From positions 4,712,001-4,776,000 of the forward strand of contig JBHGNT010000013.1 in the NCBI GenBank assembly GCA_043228905.1: a stretch of 64,000 bases of DNA. Reading direction: 5' to 3'. Below the pieces are notes generated by a model, which was given only the letters and a program-made list of their open reading frames with translations, did not search any database and was not told the origin of the DNA. This document shows, piece after piece, positions 51,096 to 62,278 of this stretch. Source of the DNA: Azolla caroliniana. Lineage: Eukaryota > Plantae > Polypodiophyta. Every line of letters starts with the position of its first letter. Positions within the stretch are counted from its first letter, which is position 1. A program made the translations under genes and the position numbers.

Positions 51096-52958
51096 TGCAG
51101 CAATCCGACCAGTGAATTTTGCACTAGATTAACACACAATTAACTCAAAGAACTTGAGGTTACGAATGAGTTTTATAATATTAAGTCTAGATTGTCCAAA
51201 TTATAGGCTGAAAACATTGGATTATGAATGAAATTCCCTTTATAAAGTAGAGCTTACAAGGTTTGGAATAGTTTATACAATGGCGGTAAATTTAAAAAAT
51301 TAATCATGACCTATAAACCCTAAATTTCATGAAGAAGAAGATAGTATGCGGAGAAGAAGAAGAAGAAGAAGAAGAAGATGATGATGATGAAGAAAGAATA
51401 ATTGGAGAAGATAAGTTCTAGAGTGGAGTTTAAGGGAGAAATCCTCGATTTTTGGTGCAATGTATCAACGATCGATGGCCACGTCGCCTCTTGCGATGGA
51501 AGTTGTCGTGAAGTAGGAATGCTTAACATTAAAAATCCAAAATAAGATACATACATGGCTAAAATAAAATGAATCTTGATAGTGTTTAGGCCATACTTGT
51601 AATATACATAAAGTTCATTTTAACAAAACACTATGATAATATTATATATTATATATTATATGAAGAGATAAATTAAGCAAAAATAGATATTTCATGGGTA
51701 AGAGAGGACATGTGTCACGATACAGTGACATAAAATACATAGTAGGCGAGCATTGAACCTGCAAGCTCACGTTGTCATTAAGGATTCCGGCCATAGGAGG
51801 AAAACGGAGCCGGATGCGCGTGAACGGGGGTGAGCACAGATGCACACGAAATAGGTCTTAGTGTACAAAGATGTGTAAATAACATAGTAATAGTGGAGTA
51901 TTGAGAAATATTAGGTAGGAGTGATTTGATAGTGTTGAGAGGCAAGCTCAACATTGGGTGCGTAACCCAGTGTGTAGACTGGGTGCGTAAAATCGTACGC
52001 AAAATATGGCTATGGCGGTGTTTAAACCGAAAGGCCGTTAGAACGTTATTCCTCGTAAGGAATAGTTTTGGGAGTTAGTGTAGAAGGCTCATTTATGAGC
52101 GGTCAAGTATTGTCAGTATTTGTGTCAACCCGATAGTTAGGGCTTGTATAGAAGGTGCTCATTGAGCATGAAATATGTACAGAGAACATATAGAGAATTA
52201 TTTTCGAATATAGTTTTGTATTTTCTGCTCACTTTGTCTCTCCCTCTCCTTCTCTGTGATTTTTGCGTTTTATTGAACTGTCATACTTTCGAACCATGTA
52301 CTCTATGCTCCTACGCATACGCTTCCGCACACGTATTCTTTTACATGGTATCAGAGCGCGAGGGTTGAGACTCCTCTACAGCCGACATAAAAGCCTGCGA
52401 TAAAGACAAAGTTAAGCTGTTGTTTTCAAAAAGGATAAGACAACAATATGGATAGAGGATGTCATGGCAAGACTCGAACCCATGACTTTATGCTACATGG
52501 GTCGAGCTCTTACCATTAGATTAGGAATTGTATTTTGTAGGATATTATTTTCATTTATACTTTATCATAGAAAATTGATGTATATTCCAAATCTCTCTGG
52601 AACATTCTAGAAGCTTCAAGATTATTCCTAAAAACACTATAAAAGGAGGCACAAGGCATTGTTTTGAACCAAATTGGTTCAACGCCAGTCTTAAGCCTCT
52701 TAGCCGCTTGTACTTATCTTTTCACATAATATATAGCTGCTGTCATCATCTCTCTCATTCTCGCTATCTCTCTCTCTCTCCTCTTCTCACTTCCTCTCTC
52801 GGGAATCTTACGCAGTCCCGTCCTCTTAGTACTAATAGTACTGTTGTTCTTAGTACTAATTCCATCTCTGTTTTAGTACTATTCCTGACAGTTTGAACCA
52901 ATTTCTCCTCTAGCCTACTTGTCACTCTCCCTCATCCTCCTAACATTTTCCCTATACT

Positions 52959-54116
52959 ATGGCTATTGTTAGCGCCCAAGAATACCAATCCGTTTTCTCC
53001 GAGCTACAGTGCCTAAAAGAAAAGTTTGTTGCCCTGGAACAAGAAAACCAACGGCTGATAGGGGATCTGCAACAAATCGCTCTAGAAAAACAACAAACGC
53101 AACAACAACATGGGGAGTTAGCGTTACGGGTACAACAACTCGAAGCAGCGTTGCAACAACAAGGATCCAGTCCTCAAGGATTTCATAAAGAGCCCAAGAT
53201 TGGACTTCCTGTGAAATTTGATGGAACGCGTTCGCAATTCCGGGGATTCCTTAATCAGGTACGCTTAGTCATCCAGATGCATCCTTCCCGATATCCCACT
53301 GATGCATCTCGAGTCGGCCTAATAGGCACGCTACTTAGCGGCTCAGCCTTGGCATGGTTTGCTCCGCTTCTAGAAAAACAATCACCCTTACTTAATAACT
53401 TTGAAGATTTTATTGGTGAGTTTAAAGCCTGCTTTGGAGACACCGACAGCATCAGGATGGCGATCAACAAGATCCGGCGATTGCGTCAAGGCGATCGTCC
53501 AGCCTCTGCCTACGCGGCGGATTTCCGCCTACTTGCTTCAGATATACCCTGGGATGATCAAGCACTAATGGAGCAGTTTCGCTATGGCTTGCGAAACGAT
53601 GTCAAAGATCTACTTCTAACTTTCCCCGAAGAACCAAAGTCTCTTACGGAGGCAATCAGTCGAGCAGTTCGATGTGACAACCGCCTTTTTGAACGGCGTT
53701 CAGAACGTCAATTACAGATACCACGCTCTAGGCCAGAGCCCACTTACGCCGTAGTCGTGGCTAAACCGTTTGCACGAGACACACCTCAAGCAAATACTTC
53801 GACACCGATGGAGATCGATACCATGCGTCGACGCGGCCCGTTATCGGAAGAAGAAAAGCAATGACGACGTGCCAATCGATCATGTCTTTATTGCGGTGGA
53901 CCAGGACATATCGCCATCAATTGTCCCCATAGGCCAAGAAGACAGGTAAATCAAATCGTCGCCTGTACTAAACCCGAGTCAATTCTTCCCTTTGGAGTGT
54001 CTGATAGTATTAATAGTACTAATAGAGGGTCAGATAGTATTCATAGTACTAATAGCCCAAGTATCTCAAATAAATTTGAAATCCTTAGTCAATTAGATGA
54101 AGAGTTAAACGATTGA
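52959..54116 (+). pseudogene. Chromovirus gag (PEG10/sushi-like capsid plus CCHC knuckle) with one premature TGA at 53862
   Basis: EPKIGLPVKFDG, LRQGDRPASAYAADFR and PMEID motifs; CLYCGGPGHIAINC lies in frame after the stop; natural stop at 54114-54116. Confidence 0.9.
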
Positions 54117-57100
54117 GTCCAGCCAAAATAGGAGCCATTTGGTTGGACAGCAGCCCTAGCTCTGTACAGCCCATTAGTGGTTCCATTCCTTCCAAGCAAG
54201 TTAGCAATGTGTTCCTAGCCCAAGTCATTGTTAGTACTAAAAGTACTCCCCCAGTACCCGTCCTAGCACTTTTAAATTCCGGAGCTAATTCCTGTTTCAT
54301 GGATCGAAATTTTGCCCAAGCTTCTCAGATATCCTTAAGAAAACTTCCTCGTCCCGCATCTGTAGTGGTCATTGATGGTCGTCCCATTGCTTCCGGGAAT
54401 ATTGTAGAAGAATCAGAACCCATTCAAGTTGTCCTAGGTAGTTTTGTGTGTATAATATCATTTAATATAATTAGTAGTCCAGAGCATCCCATTGTCCTAG
54501 GATTACCTTGGCTTGAATTACATAATCCAGCCATAGATTGGAGAACAAGAGAAGTCCAATATCGACCACCCCAAGAATCAACTCACCGAGTTTCGACCAT
54601 TTCACTCCATCAACTACGCGAAGAAGGACCCAAGGAGGCAATGTTCCTATTTGCCATATCAGTACATCCTTCTAGCACTATTAAGAAGGACTCCTCAATA
54701 CAACTTCCGGCAAAATATCATCCTTGTGCCGATGTATTTGACAAGGTAAAAGCCGGTACCCTTCCTCATCACCGTCCCTATGACTGTCCCATCGATTTAC
54801 AACCAGGAACCGAGCCACCATGGGGACCAATTTACAACTTGTCACCCACCGAGTTAGAAGTCCTTCGAGCCTACATAGAGGAGAACTTGGCAAGCGGGTT
54901 CATCCGTCATTCGAAATCTCCGGCCGGTGCACCCATCTTCTTTGTCAAGAAGAAAGATGGCTCACTTCGTCTTGTCGTTGATTACCGCGGATTGAATAAA
55001 GTCACCATCCGGAATAGGTATGCACTTCCTCTTATATCAAGTCTTTTAGAGCGAGTTAATGGTGCCAAGTTTTTTACTAAAATCGACCTACGAAGAGCGT
55101 ATAATCTCGTGCGGATCCGACCGGGAGATGAGTGGAAGACCGCTTTTCGCACGCGGTATGGGCATTTCGAGTATACTGTTATGCCGTTTGGCCTAACCAA
55201 TGCACCCGCAGTCTTCCAACACATGGCAAATGATATATTCAGAGACCTCTTGGATATCTGTTTGATCATTTATCTGGATGATCTGTTGATTTATTCGAAG
55301 ACCCAGGAAGAGCACGATTCTCATGTACTATTAGTACTAAAGCGACTCCGCGAGAATGGTCTTTATGCCAAGCTAGAGAAATGTAGCTTTGACTGCAAGC
55401 AAGTGGAATTTCTAGGCTACGTCATCTCCTCAAAGGGCATCGCCATGGATCCAGCTAAAATCCAAACTGTACTAGAGTGGCAAATTCCACGGTCGGTACG
55501 AGATGTACAATGTTTTCTAGGCTTTGCTAACTTCTACCGTAAGTTTATACAGGATTACTCGAAGATTATTTTACCTCTCACACAACTTACGAAGAAGGGC
55601 CAAGCATTTCTTTGGTCCATCGAAGCAGATATGGCTTTTCGGCATCTTAAGAAAGCCTTTACATCAGCACCGATTCTAGCTCATGTGGATACAAGCAAAC
55701 CATTCATCATGGAGGCCGACGCATCAGATTTCGCCCTCGGTAGCATCCTTTCTCAACAAGGCGATAAAGAAGAGTTGCATCCGGTGGCTTTCCATTCGCG
55801 CAAATTCAATGTCGCAGAAATCAACTACGAAATACATGACAATGAGTTATTAGCCATCATGGATTCATTTGTACAATGGCGGCATTTCTTAGAGGGCTCT
55901 CCACATCAGGTCATTGTCTTTAGCGATCATAAAAATCTTGCTTATTTTCAGAACGCTCGCGTACTAAATCGACGGCAAGCTCGGTGGGCGCAATTCCTCA
56001 CGCGTTTCAACTTCGAAATCACATATCGACCGGGGAAGCAACAAGGAAAAGCAGATGCACTATCACGGCGTTCAGATCTTGCACCTCGTCCTAGTGACGC
56101 AACATTTGATAATCAAAAGCAAGTAATCTTGGGACCAACACGATTGCACACGACGCGGATTTTTCACACCCCGATGGATTCACGGATTACCGATGACATA
56201 CGTGCAACCTTGAAGACGGATAGTTTTGCTCAAGACATCCTGGCGCACATTGATACTTCTCGGGCATCCTGTTCTCAGTCTCAACAACCAGGTATTGACT
56301 ACTGACAATTCGAATATCATGATGGTTTGTTATTCTTTAAAAAGCGCGTATATGTCCCCGATTGCTCCTGTCGCCTTCAAATCGTCCAACATTGTCACGA
56401 CACCCATACGGCGGGACATTTCGGTAGTACCAAGACGTTGGAGTTAGTGCAACGATCTTTTTGGTGGCCCCACATGCGCCGTTTTGTCGACGACTACGTT
56501 CGGACCTGTGATGCTTGCTGCCGAGCAAAGATGCCACGACACCATCCATATGGCTTGTTGGAACCTTTACCAATTCCAAGTAAGCCATGGCAGTCTATTT
56601 GTCTTGATTTTATTACAGATCTGCCGGTCTCGAAGGGGTTCGATGCTATCCTAACCGTCGTCGATCGATATACGAAGATGGCACATTTTGTGCCATGTAC
56701 TAAAGCCATCACTAGCGAGGAAACCGCCGCTCTTGTTATGCGTGAGGTATTTCGGCATCATGGCCTACCAGACAGTATTATCAGTGACCGAGGCCCGCAA
56801 TTTGTCTCCAAATTTTGGCAGCATCTCTTCAGGATGCTCAAGGTCTCCTGCAACCTCTCCTCCGGCTACCATCCTCAAACTGACGGACAAGCGGAACGAA
56901 CAAACCAAACGTTGGAGCAATATCTCCGGTGTTTCCTGAGTTATCAACAGGACGATTGGGCCGAGATTCTCCACTTTGCGGAGTTTGCGTATAATAATGC
57001 TATTCACTCCTCGACTCGGGTCTCCCCATTTCTCGCTTATACCGGTTTCCATCCTCGCTGGTCGGTGATCGACACTCCGGAGCTACCTACCAACCCTCGT

Positions 57101-57685
57101 GCCGAGGACCATTTGGAGAGGCTACGCAAGATCCAGATGGATCTCTCTACTCACCTTCGTCATGCTCAACACACACAGAAGACTTATGCGGATCGTCATC
57201 GGATTCCCTCCTCTTTTGCCATCGGAGATCGAGTATGGCTCTTACGTCGTCACATCAAGACTACTCGACCGTGCGACAAGTTGGATTATCGACGACTCGG
57301 TCCTTTCCGTATTACGGGGAAGATTAATGATGTCACCTTCCGCCTGGATCTCCCTCCGCAGCTTCAGATACATCCGGTTTTCCATTGTTCTCTTCTTGAA
57401 CCTTATAAAGCAAACACCATTCCCGATCGTGTGACACCACCGCCGCCCCCGCTGGAGTTGGACGCCGGCCCGGAGTATGAAGTTGCTGCCATCCTCGATT
57501 CCAAACTTGTTCGCAACAAACTTTATTACTTGGTCGATTGGCTCGGTTATAGTCCGAGCGAACGTACTTGGGAACCCGTCGAGAATGTTGCCAATGCACA
57601 AGATCTTCTTGCTGATTTCCACCGAAAGTATCCGGACAAACCCGGTCCGCAGTTAGCGCCGACTCGTTCCACTCGTCGTCTTTAA
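54104..57685 (+). pseudogene. Chromovirus pol (PR-RT-RH-INT-chromodomain) in the -1 frame, one premature TGA at 56303
   Basis: LLNSGA (catalytic D appears as N), YLDDLL, ADASD, SDHKNL, HCH...CDAC, ISDRGPQF, GPF, and chromodomain YEVAAILD...YLVDWLGY...TWEP. Confidence 0.92.
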
Positions 57686-60600
57686 GGGGGAGATAGTGTC
57701 ATGGCAAGACTCGAACCCATGACTTTATGCTACATGGGTCGAGCTCTTACCATTAGATTAGGAATTGTATTTTGTAGGATATTATTTTCATTTATACTTT
57801 ATCATAGAAAATTGATGTATATTCCAGATCTCTCTGGAACATTCTAGAAGCTTCAAGATTATTCCTAAAAACACTATAAAAGGAGGCACAAGGCATTGTT
57901 TTGAACCAAATTGGTTCAACGCCAGTCTTAAGCCTCTTAGCCGCTTGTACTTATCTTTTCACATAATATATAGCTGCTGTCATCATCTCTCTCATTCTCG
58001 CTATCTCTCTCTCTCTCCTCTTCTCACTTCCTCTCTCGGGAATCTTACGCAGTCTCGTCCTCTTAGTACTAATTCCATCTCTGTTTTAGTACTATTCCTG
58101 ACAGAGGAATGGGAAGCTCGCTACCAACTGAGAAGCTCGACAGGAGCAACTACGCATCTTGGTCGTACAAGATGCACCAGTGTTTGCTTGGTCATGGTTA
58201 CTAGAGTTATGTTGAAGGAGCTAATGATGCAACACCCGAATCGACACACAGAGACTTTCCGGCTTGGGAACAAATGGCAAGTAGAGTTCTTTACTGCTTT
58301 GCGTCTTGTGTGAGTGACCAGCTCTTGAGCTACATTTGGGATGCTAAGACGCCAAAGGACGCGTGGGCGAATCTCAAGAGGATTTTCGCCGCTAGCTCAA
58401 CGACCACGAAGCTGCAGCTCAGATAGGAGCTTAGCAATGTCCGATAGAAAGAACGGTCTGTGGCCGATTACACGACCCAAATAAAGGAGATTTGTGATTC
58501 CCTCGCCTCCGTCAACGTGAACATCGAGGAGGACGAAATGGTGTAGGTTTTTCTTGGAGGGTTAGCATCAAAGTTCAGAGCATTCTGAACAGCAGTCTGC
58601 AAAAGGGAGATTACGCCTTCGTTCTTCGAGCTTCAGTCGATGTTGCTCGTGGAGGAAAATCACGCGGGTGCGTCAACGAGTATGCACACCGACATCAAGA
58701 TGCTGTACATGGAGGAAGATAGGCCCCGTAGTCGTGGCGGACGAGGTGGATCGGCGTGCAATGAAGGCGGCCAAAAAGAGCAGAACGTGTGGCATAATCG
58801 AAATGCCGGAAGCAATTCCGGCCCCTCCGGAAGCAAGGGGAGCCATAGCGGCGCCGGAAGTCGGCAAGAGAAGGCCGCGACAGAATGCTAGTACTGTGGC
58901 AAGAAAGGACACAGGGAGAGCGAGTGCTGGAAGAAGAGAGCCGATTCGGACAAAGCCGAATCGGGCGGAAGAGACGCAGGAAGGCGTCAGCAATCGCACT
59001 ACGCCGAAGGCTCCGAACGAGTCGAAAATGGATCGAGCCCATCCTTCGTGATGAAGCACATGGCCAATTCGATGGTCGTGAACACATTGAAATCGACCGA
59101 GGTGTGGTATGTTGATTCTGGAGCGTCAAATCATATGACGAGTCATGAGGAATGGTTCTCGTACTTGGAGAAACCGGAAAAACAAGGAGTGGTCGAAACG
59201 GGAGACGACACTCCACATACCATCGAACATGTCGGAGAAGTTCCTCTCAACCACATCGTGCAGTAAGGGAAACTTATGAACCTGTTGCACGTCCCGACAA
59301 TAACCAAGAACTTGGTGTCGGTCGGTCAGATCGTCGACCAGGGGATGCAAGTTTGATTCACTCACCTTGGGTGCTACATCGAAGAGGAAGGCCAAGTTAT
59401 TGCGCAAGGGCGCCGTGAAGGGAGGATGTTCATCCTCGACACCAATCAAGCCGGAACCGCGTTGTTCGCTAGAGGATAGAAGGTCGAGTCGAACATCGAC
59501 CTGTGGCACAAGCGGTTCGGCCATGTTAACTTCCCACGGCTTCATGAAATGCAGACGAAGAACGTTGTTTTCAGCTTGCCGAAATTTCGGGGCCTTAATG
59601 GCCAAGTCTGCGAAGCCTGCCAACTCGGGAAGCAGCACCAACTTCCATTCCCCAATGAGCGTAATCGAAATCGAAATCTGCTAGATTTGATCCATTCGGA
59701 TGTGTGGGGACCGGCACAGAACGTGAGTCTCGGTGGAAGCCGTTATTTCGTAACCTTCATCGATGACTTCACTCGGCATACCTAGGCATGCTTGATCGCG
59801 AAAAAGAGTGAAGTCTTCACGTGGTTCCCGAAGGTGAAGAACCTTGCGAAAAGGGAAATTGGACGAAAGATCAAGTGCCTACGGTCCGATGGCGGGAAGG
59901 AGTACTTCTCCGACCAGTTCATGAGTTATCTACAGAAGGAGGGAATTCGATGCGAATTCTTGTGTAGATATATGCCGAAGTAGAACGGCGTAGCCGAACG
60001 GAAGAATCAGACGATCGAAGAAGCCGCCAGGGCAATGCTTGAAGAGAAGCATATGCCGAAGTTTTACTGGGCTGAAGCTGTAAAGACGGTTGTTTACTTG
60101 AAGAATTGGACCTCTGCTAATGGAGGAGTTTCGCCACACGAGTTGTATTACGACAAGAAGCCGAACTTGGCACACTTGAGGATTTTCGGCAACATCGTGT
60201 ACGTGCATGTGTCGAAGGAGAAACAGAGGAAGCTGGACACCAAAGCCGAAAAGTGCATATTAGTTAGCTATTCAGACAAACCAAAGGGGTATAAGTGCTA
60301 TAACCCCCAAATGAAGGAAGTTTGTGTAAGCCGAGATGTCATGTTCGACGAGTCCGCTTCGTGGTACTTGCCTTTGCCTCCAATCCTTGATGACTCCATT
60401 CCGAATTTTGAAGAAGAGGTTAGCAAGACCGAGTTGCCTATGTGTGATGAGGAAATCAGAGCTCTAATAGAGAGTCCAATCTCATTTCGGCTAAGTGGGC
60501 CGAATGAGGGGTTGAGCCAAGATGGCCCACCAAATGAAGAGCCGACGAGTAGTGGAGACTCGGTCGTGCTGTCCCCCCGTAAAGAGCCGAGGAGATGGTT

Positions 60601-61196
60601 TACGTGTAAAGAAAAAGGGAAGAAGAAAATGTCGGAATACGATTTTGGCAACGCTGAGTCACACCGGAGCGAGTTCGATTTCGGACCAATTGAAAAGGAA
60701 TCTCCATAGAAGAGCTTGAAATTGGCTAAAAAGACCCTGAAATCGGGTAATCACGAATTATGCTAATCTACCTGCCTGAAGAACCCCGTAAAGAGGTACG
60801 GGTACAATGAATACATGGTGCACCATTACGTGTATATGACACGAGTGGCGGAAGTGCATGAGCCGAAGAGCTACGCAGAAGCAATGTCGTGTGAATCTTC
60901 ACACACTATGTAAAAAAATGATGAAATAATTATTATAGATTAGATTAATAGCTTACTATAGAAAGATGGATATACTCAAGAGCTTCAAAACATATTTTAC
61001 TATATACAAAATGGAGAAATACATATCAAGTTATGTGAAAATAAAGTTTAAGAAGATAGGGAAATTAGAACTATCCCACATAGATAGGAAAGTTAAGGCC
61101 CTGGCTATATAAGCATCTTGAGCTCCTTCATTTTTCATTTGTGCTAAGAGCACTTTGGCCACTTTGTCTTGATAGATGATGGTGGCCAAATTCCCT

Positions 61197-61715
61197 AAAA
61201 CCAGAAACCGGTCGGTAAATAAATTTGTAAACCGGCCGGTAAGCAAATCTGGAAACTGCTCCGGTAAGCAAATCCAGAAACCGGCAGGTATGCAAATCGG
61301 AAACAGGTCGGTAAGCAAAATCGGAACCAGCCTGCAAGCAAAATCGGAATCGACCGGTAAGCAAAACAGGAACTGGTAGGCAAACCAGAAACCGGCCGGT
61401 AAGCAAAATTGGAACTGGAACTGGCCTGCAAGCAAAACCAGAATTGGAACCGGCCGGCAAGCAAAATCGGAACCGGAACCGGTACCCTAAACTGGAACCG
61501 GCATGCAAGCAAAACCGGAACTGGAACCGGCTGGCAAGCAAAACCGGAATCGGCCGGTAAGTAAAACCGGTACCGGAACCGGAAAGCAAACCGGAACCAG
61601 AACCGGCCGAGAAGCAAAACTGGAACCGGCCGACAATCAAACCGGAACCGGAATCGGTCGGCAAGCAAAATCGGAACTGGAACTGGCCAGCAAGCAAAAT
61701 GGAACCGACCGGCGA
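61197..61715 (+). repeat. Irregular tandem array built from accgg(a), aaccgg and aagcaaaa units
   Basis: About 17 variable units of ~25-36 bp. Confidence 0.85.
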
Positions 61716-62128
61716 GGGATTCGGCGATCGGGCAGAACCGGCTATCGGACGAGGTTGGACGCGGACGGAGGGAAGATTGGATCATGCAACAAACTAAAGT
61801 AAAGTGAAGAGAACTAAAGTAAAGGCCATGTGGACGCAAGCAAGTAAGGTTGGAGTGCATGCAAAAAGTAAAGGTCATGTGGATGGTCGCATGCAACTAA
61901 AAGAAGAAGCTTGCAACTAAAAGTAGAGGCCATGCAACAAAAAGTAGACATGCATATGATCAACGGGGAACACCATATATATTCTGTTTTTTTCCTATAC
62001 TTGGGGGCTCTCTCCATATATTATTTTTCTTTTCCTTCTCAACTCCCTTATCTTAGGGAAGCCATAACTCTCATAAACCCTAAATTCCCTACGGAAGCCA
62101 TAACACTCAAAAACCCTAATCTTCTCTA

Positions 62129-62278
62129 CGGAAGATATCTCTCAAGTAAACCCTAATTTCCTTATCGAAGCCATATCTCTCAAGTAAACCCTAATTTCCT
62201 TACGGAAGCCATATCTCTCAAGTAAACCCTAATTTCCTTACGGAAGCCATATCTATCAAGTAAACCCTAATTTCCTTT
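62129..62278 (+). repeat. 38-bp tandem repeat (4 copies plus degenerate flanks), each with a telo-box AAACCCTAA
   Basis: Unit cggaagccatatctctcaagtaaaccctaatttcctta; decayed copies extend over ~62055-62350. Confidence 0.9.

Larger units (their letters stand above)
52460..58103 (+). mobile_element. Young full-length Ty3/Gypsy chromovirus (Tcn1/sushi-like)
   Basis: LTRs 52460-52890 and 57697-58103 (2 substitutions and one 24-bp indel seen), TSD GAGGA, PPT aagggggagatag at 57684-57696, no tRNA-type PBS. Confidence 0.97.

Noticed and set aside
51711-51932. Longer 5' LTR starting at 51711
   Set aside because: The family-typical start tgttgag...caagctcaac is at 51933; the upstream part is unassigned.
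53862-53864. Programmed readthrough of the gag TGA
   Set aside because: It falls in a CGA/CGT Arg run just before the CCHC knuckle, so a CGA-to-TGA mutation is more likely.
61031-61896. ORFs of 134-233 aa on the minus strand
   Set aside because: They are translations of the accgg tandem array in several frames, with no domain.
62129-62278. 38-bp repeats as a CRISPR array or interstitial telomere
   Set aside because: Units are head-to-tail with no unique spacers, there are no cas genes in this eukaryotic context, and the telomere motif occurs only once per unit.
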